From: Hamiltosporidium tvaerminnensis FI-OER-3-3
Lineage: Eukaryota > Fungi > Microsporidia
Assembly: GCA_022605425.2 (NCBI GenBank)
Contig: CM061252.1
Span: 620,001-684,000, forward strand
DNA length: 64,000 nt
Direction of reading: 5' to 3'
In this document: in pieces, positions 52,686 through 64,000 of the stretch
Position numbering within the stretch: the first letter of the stretch is position 1
Layout: the number at the start of each line of letters is the position of its first letter
Notes under the pieces: model-generated
The model's input: only the letters and a program-made list of their open reading frames with translations
Database searches by the model: none
Told to the model about the DNA's origin: nothing
Program-made: the position numbers and the translations under genes

Positions 52686-55217
52686 ATCGAAAGTATGCTA
52701 TTTTATTTTTTATAATAAAAAAGCTTGATAATATTTTTTGTGTTATATTTTTTATACTTATACTTATAGCGAATTCCAATTTAAATATTCTTAAACACGT
52801 AAGAATATATAATGAATGCCAAATGATGAAGATTCTGAATCAGATTATGACTTAAACTATTTTGAGTGTATTATATTTCTTTTTTTCAGTACATATTCAA
52901 ACGTATCATACACGTAAAAACAGACAATATCAAAGCTTTAGGTTTACTTTTATAAAAAATTATATTTTTTTTTTAAAATTCTACGTAAATATAAACTTCA
53001 TATTACCAAATTATTATACATATAAGAATTTATATTATGTTTAGATATATCATTAGATCTATGTTATCATATAGCTGGAATACATTTGGATATATATTAC
53101 ATCTCATGGTACCAATAATTTTATAAAAATCATAAAAAGACTTTTTAAAATAATTTAAACTCTTATTTTTTTTCAGCGAATTCTGTTATCTAGAATCAGA
53201 ATACAAATATTAAGGAAAAAAATAGTAAATAGAAGAAATGGTTGTGTCTTGTACTTCAAAAATTTAATTTTTGCATTTTTTAAAAAAGAGATAAGAGTAT
53301 TGACTGACATTATATTTGAATAAAAACTTTAAGCTCTGTTTTCAATGCTTAATTTTTAATTATTTCGAATGAGATTACCTTTTTTATTGTGATTAGTATT
53401 ATTTATCCTTTGATCTAGATATACCGGCAAGAATTATATACATCACAAAACAATAAAATATATTTTCAGGTCTGAACTCGCAAATAAATTTTGAAAAAAA
53501 TATTTACTCTACTTTTTTACTAAATATTCGATTATCTATCTAGCTTTGAGCATAGTGAAGGATATTCTCATACATTTAAACTTTTAGATACATATATAGA
53601 TTTAATACAGAACAAAGGTTGGTAGAACATTTTAGCAGCAAACCACATTAACATCCATATAAAGTTTCGAAACCAAGGACCAATTAGATTTTATATAATG
53701 TGCTAACAAGCATCTCTTTAAAAAATATTGCTGATATTTTTTGATGAAATCTTAAAAGTTTCATAAAATGCTCAAAAAATAGAAATGCATCTTAAAAATA
53801 TTTTTATAGAAAAATATTCATATTAATTGTCGTATTTTATAACGAATCCCTTTTGCTGAATTATAACATGGACAAGAGCAACATCTAGAAGATTATCAGA
53901 TCCGCTAAATCGGATGGGTTCTGACAATAAAATCGTATTATACTTTTTTTGTCAGGAAACGACTGTTTTGGCGGGAAAATAACAATTTTATGAAGAATTA
54001 AAGGATTTTAATCAAATAGGATTATTTTAAAATGAAAAAACTTTAAATTTTAAAAAATGTTTTGAAATTCATTTAAAATAATAAAAAATGATATGAAAAA
54101 AAGTAAAAAGGAAACTTAAAGTTAGATTAAGAAAAATGGCAAAAAAAATTAGAATTTTAGATAATTTTTCAACTCATTATTTTTTTTAATTTCCCTTGAA
54201 ATACGCACTTCTTTAATTCAAATCAAAAAATTTAAAAAAATTAAGAGTATAAGACTCTGGTTATCAAAATACGTTTAAATAAAAAGGAAAAAAAGAATGT
54301 ACTTTCCATTCGTTTTTATAAACATTCTTTTACCTTGATTTATGCAATTGTCAGGAGAATTTAATAATGAACAACTAGGGAACAGAATAAATAGATAGGA
54401 ACATAAAAAATAACAACACAATTTATTTATATCAATTGTAAGAAATTCTTCAAAAAACTAGCATATAGAATGTAAGAATCCAAATGAAAATGAAGAAATT
54501 TTTAAATACGAAAATATTGAAGAAAGTCTAAGAAAATGGCATTATATTACCGGTATTTATATTTCTGACATAGAGGACAGAATAAAATGCTATATTAATT
54601 AATTACCTTATCCATCTCAGTTGATCCATTACATGCCAAAGAAATTAAGGAAAAATAAGCTATGCGATATGACAGAAATTGATAAAATATTATGTGCTAA
54701 AAAATTTATTTTTTAATTCAGGATTGGCTCGAAAAATATTGTTCTGAAAGCAAATTATATTTTAAAAATTTTTCTGCAGGCTACAGCAATCCATCATACT
54801 TGAAAGTATTATGATACTAAATAGAAAGTTATAGCTATAATACTATCATAGAATCCAAAAGAATTAATAATTTTTTAAAGTGAAAAGAGATGGTGCTGTT
54901 CATCATAACAAAATAAGTGTTTTCCTTAAAAATTTTGTTATTCTTGGAAGGTCTTCGATACAAAGAGAAATGCCAAGAATATAAAGATCGAAATATTTTT
55001 ATGGGATGGAATTTGAACTATTTTTGTGTTTGTTTTGGATGATTCCTAATGTGTTAAAGTAAACAAAAAAGAGCATATTTTTAAAAAAAATTACAAACTA
55101 TTGAGAGTAGAATAAATTATGATAAAAAGACTTTTGCTTTTTTTATTTATATATCATTATGAGCTTTCTTTTATTTTTATTTTGTTTTATATTATTTTTC
55201 TATAATTCGAGTAGGTT

Positions 55218-55933
55218 TGGTGGAGGTTGGATAACCACCAAAAAAATATTCGGCTCTGCAATGTGTCTGTGAAATTGGTGTAGGGATCATTGAATGGATT
55301 TTTCGGTGGAATAAATATCAAAATACTTCTTCGGTTGTTTCATATGAGCTTTTTTGAGACGGAGAAAGTCTACGGAATGGCGAAACCTTTTCTACAAATT
55401 TATTTAAAATATTTTATGTAACTTGATTGCAGACCGCGGTTGAATATGTAGGTAAAATCTAAATAAAAGCATGAAAACCAAGCCTTGCTCATCTGGATTA
55501 AAAGGCCTAGTGACCGAGAGATATAAAAAATGCAACGCATTTTAAGCCGGAGGAGCTAACTAGCAGGTTATACATGATAGTATATCTTTGCACTGTCGAA
55601 GTGGAACCATGTAAGTTTTCAAGATATATCTTAGCTAAAAGTTTATTGGGTTCAGAAAATGTGTAGTAAGTTGGAATGCTGCTTGATCTTAGAGAGGCTT
55701 AAAGTGGAGTTTTGGTCTTCAATCAACTGATGCGACAGAGATTAGCAAACACGGGGCGTCTGCCTTGTTTATCAATTAAGTTTTACACACTTGGTAGATG
55801 AAAAGCTTTAAGATGCAGGTATTACAGGGGGTACCGACAAGGTGTTGGGATAGCTGTTAGTTATGTTAAACCTAGAATGCGTTAATGCCATAACTACAAT
55901 ATAACACTTGCCTCTCTGTTAAAAAATGTGATA
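55218..55933 (+). repeat. ~700-bp repeat (copy D, more diverged)
   Basis: Collinear with copy B from GGTGG..GGATAACCAC to AAAAATGTGATA. Confidence 0.88.
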
Positions 55934-56029
55934 ATTTATATAGATTTTTGTAGAATTTATTTATTTCATTTTAAAAGAATACGTATTGTACAACAAAAAT
56001 CGTAGCAGGCCGTAGTTTAGAAATACCCG

Positions 56030-57083
56030 AATTAGAAGAAGCTCAACTAGCTAGGTTATATAAAAAATATAAAAACACTTACAAGATGAAAAGTTATAAA
56101 ATGTTAATAATAGATGACTAGTAAGTTTGTATGAATCATTATGATGGTTAAAGATAAGAAGTGCAGGATCACGTGACGAAGACACGATCTGCTATATTTA
56201 TGAAAAAAATGGGTTTTTTTAAGTAGAATGTGTATATTAAAACGAAAATCGGCCAAGCAACATAGTAGACTGTTTAGCGACAGTAAGCGAGAAAATGCTT
56301 GGTCACGATCATACTAGATGACATAATTAAATGGTACGATAAATACACCAATTTCTGCTAATGAATAGAAATTTAAAGTCTTTGTAACGAAAGAGATGCC
56401 GCTTTGTTCAAGAAATCCTTGATAATGACTTTGCAGAAAGTAAAGTTGAAAGCAGAACAATACTGTTCTAAAAGTCGGAATTATAAGCCAAACATGTTCT
56501 TTTAAGATAAAATATACAATAGGATAACACAGCTTAAACTAGGAACGCCTATTGAGGTTCACTTCAAATATTTAAAGCGGAAGTGTTAAGGAAGATTATC
56601 TAGTAGCAAACGAGTTGGGTCTTTTTTATAAATTTAGTTAAATGATAATAAACGCGTATACGCATCTTCTAGTATGGAATCGTAACAAAATGTCACAATT
56701 CCTATCCCAAAAGAAAATTAAAATCCTAGAATTTAGAGGCACATATTGAGTCAATAATACACAAGAAGATGGTCGAAACAATCATTTTTTAACGACGAAA
56801 AGGACTTGAACTAGAAAGACCGAAGAGATCTGGAAAAGTACGCAATATATGCTATTAGTATAGATGGGTTTTAAAACAACACAACTTCTTTAAAGCAAGC
56901 AGATAACTAGAAAAATAGGGTTAAAATTCCAAAACAAAAAATAATATACCTCTGATTTCAGAAAAAGGAACCACAGTAAACATAAACATAGAGTCGGATT
57001 TAGAGGAAGAATATGTGTTTGTTAAAGATTAGAAGAGAATATATAACAGAAAAAAGCTGTTTTAAACCCAGAATTTTATTAAA
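56030..57083 (+). mobile_element. Heavily decayed copy of the RLE non-LTR element
   Basis: TTAGAAGAAGCTCAACT, GAAAATGCT, GAGTTGGGTCTT, GTCGAAACAAT, GAGTCGGATTT and AACCCAGAATTTTATTAAAT appear in the expected order. Confidence 0.85.
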
Positions 57084-57177
57084 TTGAAATAAAGAGAAAA
57101 AATAAATTCGGATTTTTTATTTGTTCAACTTGATACTTTCAAAGGCATTTTATTTCTCTTCGAATTTTAGGTTGCGA

Positions 57178-59088
57178 TCATATAAGATTTATTTTTTGTT
57201 GCTTTATTGTTGCAAATAAAATACTATTTTTACTTAATCTAAATTTACATGCCTTAAAGGTATGAGATTGATAAATTTCCGAATAAGCTTGATTATTAAG
57301 TCCAGATTTTATGATATAATTCGATAGAAAACATAAATCTTCAGTAACACTCATCAGGGCTGTTAAGTCTGTAAGTTTTTTAATCTGTTTCTGTACTTGA
57401 TCTGTTTCGAAAACCTCTTTAACAATTTTAACCATTTTCTGTATACATTTAGGATATTTTTCATTGGAAAAATCCAAACAAGCCGCTTCTTTTTTAAAGA
57501 AATCAATATATGCTAATGCAACTTCTACATAAAACGCTTTAATGTCTTTTATATCCACATCGTTTAATTCAATTGATTTGGAAAAAATTGCCTTTAAAAA
57601 TTTGTTAGTCGAATTAAAAAAAAATTCGAGGTTTAAGTTGCTACACTTTTGGTTTTTCAGTTGTAAAATAAAAGATGAAATTACTTCTGGTTTAGTTCTC
57701 AGTATACAATCTGTTAGAACTTTGCTGAACACGATGCGCTTACGATCTGAAACATATATGTCTGTATGGCTTAATTGCAGATTTATTCTTATAAAATCAA
57801 ACATAACACTAAATTTGGTAGAAATTTTTGCTTTTAAAAAAACATGTCTGACTATTGCATCAAATGTTTCGTATAATTCTTTCATTTTACATAAAATATA
57901 TTCATTTCCAGCATAAATTTTATAACCTTTATATTTTGAGTTAAAATATGTTTTATGACATTTACCAGATGCATTTGGATCTTTTATTGATACAAATGTC
58001 AGAGATTCTACATATTTAAGCAATAAAATCCACAGACATGCATTTTTCACTAAATTTATATCTTCAATGATTAAATTTTCAACAAATAATTTCATGTGTA
58101 TCAAACCTGGAAAGTATGCAAGGAAAGGAGAATCGTGCTTACAAAAATTAAATTTACCGATACGATCTAAGAGTTTATCCTTTAAATTTTTAATCTCAGA
58201 GAGTTCGGAAAAACCGGAATTTTTCCAAAATAATTTTTCGTTTTGATCCACATATTTTATCAATTCGAGAAAGAATTTGGTATCCTCTAGTACATATATT
58301 GCATTTATATCAAAATCTGCCTTTATAAAGGTAATTATATCCCTACGACCAACTTCTAATTCTGATGAATCAATAAACATAACATGCGATTTATTTTTTG
58401 TATTTATAGCCTTAGTTAAACATTCTTTTTTAACTTCATCAAGCTCGTTTTTTAACTTTTCCCCTATTAATTCAAGTTGATATATAGGTAATTCCGAAAG
58501 TTTAATATCTGTAAATGCTTCCGGATTATCCTCAATATCCAAATTAGATTTGGTACGAGGTGTATCCTGGGTCCCAATTTCCTCCGCTCTGATCAGAGTT
58601 TTGATTTTTTTGCAATCTTTGGCGGTTAAGTTTTGCTCGATTACAGGATCATATTTTCTCTTAAAAGTATTTCTATTTCGATGTATTTTTCGTGTAGAGG
58701 TTTCATCTTTCACTCGGCGGCCCGTGTAAATACCAGGCGGATATTGCCTTTTATTACCAGAAAAGGAACTATAACTTTTCCTTCGTTTGTATTTCTTTTC
58801 TAGCGATTTTTCCATTCTATAATCTGATATATTTTTTTTATTAGTATATGAAGAATTAAATCTAGAAAATTCGGCAGCATCTTTTTCTACTAGACCTTTA
58901 CCTGATTGTTTATAACTTGATTTATTATCACAAGTTGGATTGGGAGAATATTCCTCTTGGCTATCAAATGTTGGACTACTATTTATATAATTCCTCGAAT
59001 CATTTGCGTTTTGTCTGGAACAACGATCAAAAACTTTTAGTTTCGAAGACATTATTCTGAGAATATAGAATATATGAATGTATCTCAT
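57178..59088 (-). CDS. Hypothetical 636-aa protein, possibly secreted
   Basis: Long ORF with CCCC upstream. Short hydrophobic N-terminus, basic disordered region (KKYKRRK) and a helical-looking C-terminal part. No recognised domain. Confidence 0.85.
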   Translation of the reverse strand: MRYIHIFYILRIMSSKLKVFDRCSRQNANDSRNYINSSPTFDSQEEYSPNPTCDNKSSYKQSGKGLVEKDAAEFSRFNSSYTNKKNISDYRMEKSLEKKYKRRKSYSSFSGNKRQYPPGIYTGRRVKDETSTRKIHRNRNTFKRKYDPVIEQNLTAKDCKKIKTLIRAEEIGTQDTPRTKSNLDIEDNPEAFTDIKLSELPIYQLELIGEKLKNELDEVKKECLTKAINTKNKSHVMFIDSSELEVGRRDIITFIKADFDINAIYVLEDTKFFLELIKYVDQNEKLFWKNSGFSELSEIKNLKDKLLDRIGKFNFCKHDSPFLAYFPGLIHMKLFVENLIIEDINLVKNACLWILLLKYVESLTFVSIKDPNASGKCHKTYFNSKYKGYKIYAGNEYILCKMKELYETFDAIVRHVFLKAKISTKFSVMFDFIRINLQLSHTDIYVSDRKRIVFSKVLTDCILRTKPEVISSFILQLKNQKCSNLNLEFFFNSTNKFLKAIFSKSIELNDVDIKDIKAFYVEVALAYIDFFKKEAACLDFSNEKYPKCIQKMVKIVKEVFETDQVQKQIKKLTDLTALMSVTEDLCFLSNYIIKSGLNNQAYSEIYQSHTFKACKFRLSKNSILFATIKQQKINLI

Positions 59089-61036
59089 TTGCTGGGGTTG
59101 ATTAACCCCAATATTTAAATTTGAAATAATTTAACGAATCTATAACAGAATATCAAAAAATGTAACCGAAAATATAAGAATTTGAAATAAATGTTAAATG
59201 ATTTTTATTTTTTTTGTAGTATAAACTCTCATTTTCTATATTTAAGATTATATTTATGTGAATTTGTTTAACAAAAATTTATATAGTAAATAATGAAAAA
59301 TTATATTTTTTCAATAAAAATATATTATAACAACATTTAATATATCTATTTATGGAAAAATAATTCCAAAATAGAAACTAATTAAACAATTGGAGAAGAA
59401 AAATTTGAATTATATATTTCGAACTATTTTTTTTTTTCAATTTTTAAAAACTTTTAATAAATCAATGTATTATAAATATGAACAATTTAAAAAAATGATA
59501 TTGCCGATAAAATTCTCCAATTAAATTCTAATTTAAAAAGCCTCAAATAAAAATCTATTGTTTAATGTCATATTTTGAAACGCTCATTCATTTTATATTA
59601 CGCAATTTATTTTATATAATTACTAAAACTGAAAAATGAACTATAAAAACGTATGTAGTCCGGCAAGAAACTTACAAACATATATAATTTAATATAAAAT
59701 CGAAAAATCTTTGTTTTTTTGCGTATCTGTGTCTTTTAATTGCATTCTTACAAAATTTCTGTTTTTATAAAAATATATTGAATAACTTTTTTTATGGTAT
59801 TCTTGAATGCCAAGATTTGCGAAATAGTTGCACTATATACAAAAAATACAATATTTTGACTTAAATTCATAATTTTACATTATATTAGATTTTTTTGTTC
59901 AATTATTTGTAGCCTGTGAAATTTTATAATAGAAAAATACAATATATAAAATTCTATAGTATCTTTACAATTCTTGCCTATAATCATCTCTTAATAAACG
60001 TGGGAAAGAACGAAAGGCGCATTAGACAGAAAAAAAATCGTTTTTATAACACCAATGCCTATATTTCTAGAAAATCCGGAAGATATAATGTTAAGAATGG
60101 TTTTCATATTTGTATAAAAGCCATTAAAATTATAAATGGAACAAAGTATGAAAATGGCAACATTGCCATTATAAAGAAAATTTCGCTAACAAACAAAAAC
60201 AACGTAGAATACCCCTAGCAAGTGTAAGATATTTTGTAAATATATGTGATGAGTGTAGGATTTTGGTTAACAAAGGAATTGAAAACACAAATTTTTAGAA
60301 AATTAATTTTAGCTATAGTAATAGAACCACTAGATACGAACGATTTTAACTCTATTTTTACAGTTTTATGAAATCCATTTGACTCATTTTCTGATGATAT
60401 AACATATATTAATTGATTTTGTGGCATAACTATAATATGCTAACAGATAAAAACGTGCGAAAAAATAAAAAAAAACATTTACAGAAGGTGTTTAAAAGAA
60501 TAAGATAATAAATTTTAATTTTTTATGCTAAACAAAAAATATTTTTCGGCTTTTTTAATTTCTTCTCATTTTTTTGCGTTAACATCATATTTTTTTAATT
60601 TCTTTTATATTTTAACATTTTAATTCTATATTTTTTTTATTTTTTATATATTATTTCTAAGTGTTGCGATCAATTAGCCGCTAAATTTCCTAAAGTACCT
60701 TTCCTGCCAAAAAAAACCTATAAATACATTTATTTTTCAAAATAACTTCATCTCGATTAGCACGCAGAAAATTGCTGCTTTGCTTTACCATTGGTTAATA
60801 TTAAAGCAAAATATAAGGACCGAAATGATGAGGGATGTTTTTGAAATGCGACATTTAAAAAATTGTCAAAATAAGCATATTGAAAACCAACTGTTTAAAT
60901 GATCTCGTGGTTCGTTTATCGCATTAATACCTATGATCCATATTTTCTAGAAATTTTTTCTGAGAAAAGGATGATATGAAAAAAAATATTGCCCACGCAA
61001 ATACAAACTAATATTAGAACGCTTAATATTATTTAT

Positions 61037-63188
61037 TGTCACAGGCCAATAAACCCCCCATGTCCAATAGAACTCCCGTTATTTCCTATATATACCCCCT
61101 TTATTTTCTAATGATTTATAGGCCCCCTTTATTTTCCTATCTTTTATAGAACCCCCGATATTTTCATATATTTTACCTAAGCCCGTATATTTGAAAAAAG
61201 GAAGTGATTTTTTTCTAAATTTAATAGGGGTCTCTTTTAAAAATGCTTACATAGTTTTTAACTTGAATTTCCCGCCAAAAAAAATTATTTAAAGTTTTGC
61301 CAGAATAGGCATAAAACTTTCATTATAGTACTTAAATAATAAAAAATGCCTATTATAATTGCAAAGTAAATTAAATTACATACGTTTTATTACGTTTTTG
61401 AAAACTGTTCTTTTGTTACCAACATTGTTTTTTACCTTACAAATGCTGTTCATCAAAATAGCGGGAACTGTAAAACCGATTTATCATAAAAAGAGTTAAA
61501 AGGCGCTCTTTTAGTTTTAGTATTCATATCGAAGTTTTTTTTTTATCAAAACTTGATCTCTAATAGACAAATCTCTCTTGAGTTTATTTGAATTGTTGCT
61601 TTCTATAATTCTTTCTCTATGGTTTTTTAAATGCTTAGCAATTCCGAACGAATCTTTCTATCGCTTGCGAGATCATCAGCTATTACGGTGGTTAAGGTTT
61701 CAGTAAATTCTTCATGTACATATGAACCAATTTCTAGGCTCCATTGTGTATACGCTGCATTTTCTTCGACCAAAACTATATCAGGATCTATATAAATAGC
61801 ATGCACTATCGTACTGGCTTCGTTTTCAACTATTATGCTTTCAGAAAGTTGATTGTTAAAATCTGGTTGTCCAAAGAAAAGCATAAATGGTGGTTTGTTT
61901 GTTGGACTATGTATTGTTCTGTTATATGCATAAACAACATTATCAATGTGTTCAATTCACCTTCTTACACTGTTTCATGTAATTTCTTCGCTAGCCATCT
62001 TTTTATGGTTTAATTTACACGTTCTACTTGACCTTGCGCCTTCGAATCGCGCGGTCTTCCATGTATAATTTTGATGTTATGGTCAGTTAAAAAGGCTTTG
62101 AGTAGTGTATTTTCAAACTCTTGGCAGTTATCAAATTGTATTTCCACCGGGGCGCAACGTTGTCAAATAAAAATATTAATGAATCTTTACTAATTCCGAA
62201 GTTTTATTAATCAGCTTAAAGCTCCAAGATGTTTTGTGTATGTGTAGAATACATTAAGAACTCAGCTATATTGATCATTTTTATCACTGTATCCCACGAT
62301 ATCTACACAATCTATCACAAAAAGATCATATTTTTTGGTAATATGATTTATATATATTGGCTGAATTGTTTTTAGAGAATTGAATCCACTACATGCTTCA
62401 CAGTCTTTTACAACTTTTTTCTATATGCCTTGGGAATCCAATACTATTTTCCTACAATGAAAGCCATCATTTTATTTACTCCGATGTGTGAATAGCACGC
62501 ATATTTGAATAATTTGTTTCATTAAGACAGTTTCAAATCCTAAAACAGCTCTTATTAGATGATCGCACCTTTTAAAAGAAATATCATACCCGAGCAAAGT
62601 AAAATTTTCTGCTTTGTGTCTCAACAACCTCTTTTCTTCTTTAGAATACTCAGCTAGATACTGATAGTTTTTAAATATGTTGTAAGAATTTTTTTTTCTT
62701 GCCTATTTTTACAATTTACAATTTTTGGCAGTTTGGTTATGTTATATTTTTATATATTATAATCTGAATACTTAGAAAAAAAACAAATAATATGAAGGCA
62801 TTAAATAAATTTATACACGATGTAATGTTGTTTGGTGTCTGTATCGAATTATACAACGAAATTTCGCTTTACAAATACTGACAATTGCAAAAATCCGAAA
62901 AAGCAAAAAAAGAACTTAAAAAAATAATATAAATTTAATTGGATATTTCATCAATAATAAACACATCCAATTGTTTATACAAAAGAAATGTTAAGAAAGG
63001 ATCGATAAGAAATATCGGAAGGGAAACTAAAATAAGCAGATGTATAGGAATTGGGGAAATAAATAGGTTATAGGGGTATAGGAATTAAAGGGCTTTTAGA
63101 AAAATATAAAGGGGTTATCAATATTCAAAATGTATAGGAAATAACGGGGGAGCTATTGGACATGGGGGGGGTTTATTGGCGCGTGACA
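61037..63188 (-). mobile_element. Ginger-type DNA transposon with decayed Gypsy-like integrase
   Basis: TIRs TGTCAC.GGCCAATAAACCCCCCATGTCCAATAG and CTATTGGACATGGGGGGGGTTTATTGGCGCGTGACA. Minus-strand fragments IQFDNCQEF, AQGQVERVN and YNRTIHSPTNKPPFMLFFG. Confidence 0.82.
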
Positions 63189-64000
63189 TTTTATATTAAA
63201 AATTTAATCAACCTTGTCTCTATTTAAAACTAAAAACATTATTTTTTAAAAAATTTATGTCAATACAACATCACTTAAAAGTTTTAGCACGGGCTACTTC
63301 AGTTTTAATTGCGACTTCCTTTTTATGATTATTCGAACATGTTCTGTTTAAAAAAGACACGTTTAATCAAATAGTGCGTTATACACAAGAAAAGTAGAAG
63401 AACCCTAAAAAATACTAGGTTTTAAAAAAATGAAATTTTGCATATCTTAATGCTTCTGCGAAGAAAAACGAAATATAAAACACAAGAGAAGTTTTTCAAT
63501 AAAGGAGAGTATTTATAACCACATTTGGAATCTTTTAAAGACTCACCGTAATAAAAATTCTGGACTCAAGAAGAGGTCACAAATATCAAGTAGATGACGC
63601 TCAAATGTACAAAATGATATACAAGAATGGAAAACATAATGTTTTTTAAAAGTTAAATAGGACTAGAATAACGAGCTAGTGTGTTGTTATGATTCCTTTA
63701 AATTATAGATAGGATTATATAAAGCCAATTAATAAAATCATATTCCATTTTTTTCAGGAGTTATAAAAATTATCGGTTGGTAAAGGACTCTGAATATTCT
63801 AGAATATTAGAATTTAAATGAGATATATATCAGTAAATTGTGAAAAAAACACAGACACTATAAAAAAACTGGAAAATGTTATGAAATATTCTAAGCATTT
63901 ATATCAATTTAAAACATATATAATTCATCGAATTAACTAATTTGAAGCCATTCCGCGCAAAAAATGTAATAGAATTATGCTGAAATAGAATAGAAATTAA

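Overview
AT-rich, gene-sparse eukaryotic DNA with intronless ORFs and CCC motifs just upstream of start codons. These traits, plus KGVN/QQGVN/HPVN repeat-inflated protein, point to a large-genome microsporidian, probably Hamiltosporidium-like (inferred, not proven). Recognisable genes: a small heat-shock protein, a Rho GTPase, an Mkt1/XPG-like protein, a repeat-expanded acetyl-CoA synthetase and a few lineage-specific ORFs. Mobile DNA: a DD34E Tc1-like element, a Ginger-type integrase DNA transposon, several copies of an RLE-endonuclease non-LTR retrotransposon, six copies of a ~700-bp non-coding SINE-like repeat and an RTE-type tail. Main finding: two diverged paralogous small secreted-protein loci (12866-13123 and an unannotated one at 17214-17489). 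They keep an identical LRF-G-R-S cassette downstream of basic residues, so they look like RFamide neuropeptide precursor mimics in a parasite. Three more small secreted-protein paralogs (45670, 49299, 52373) share the same upstream motif.
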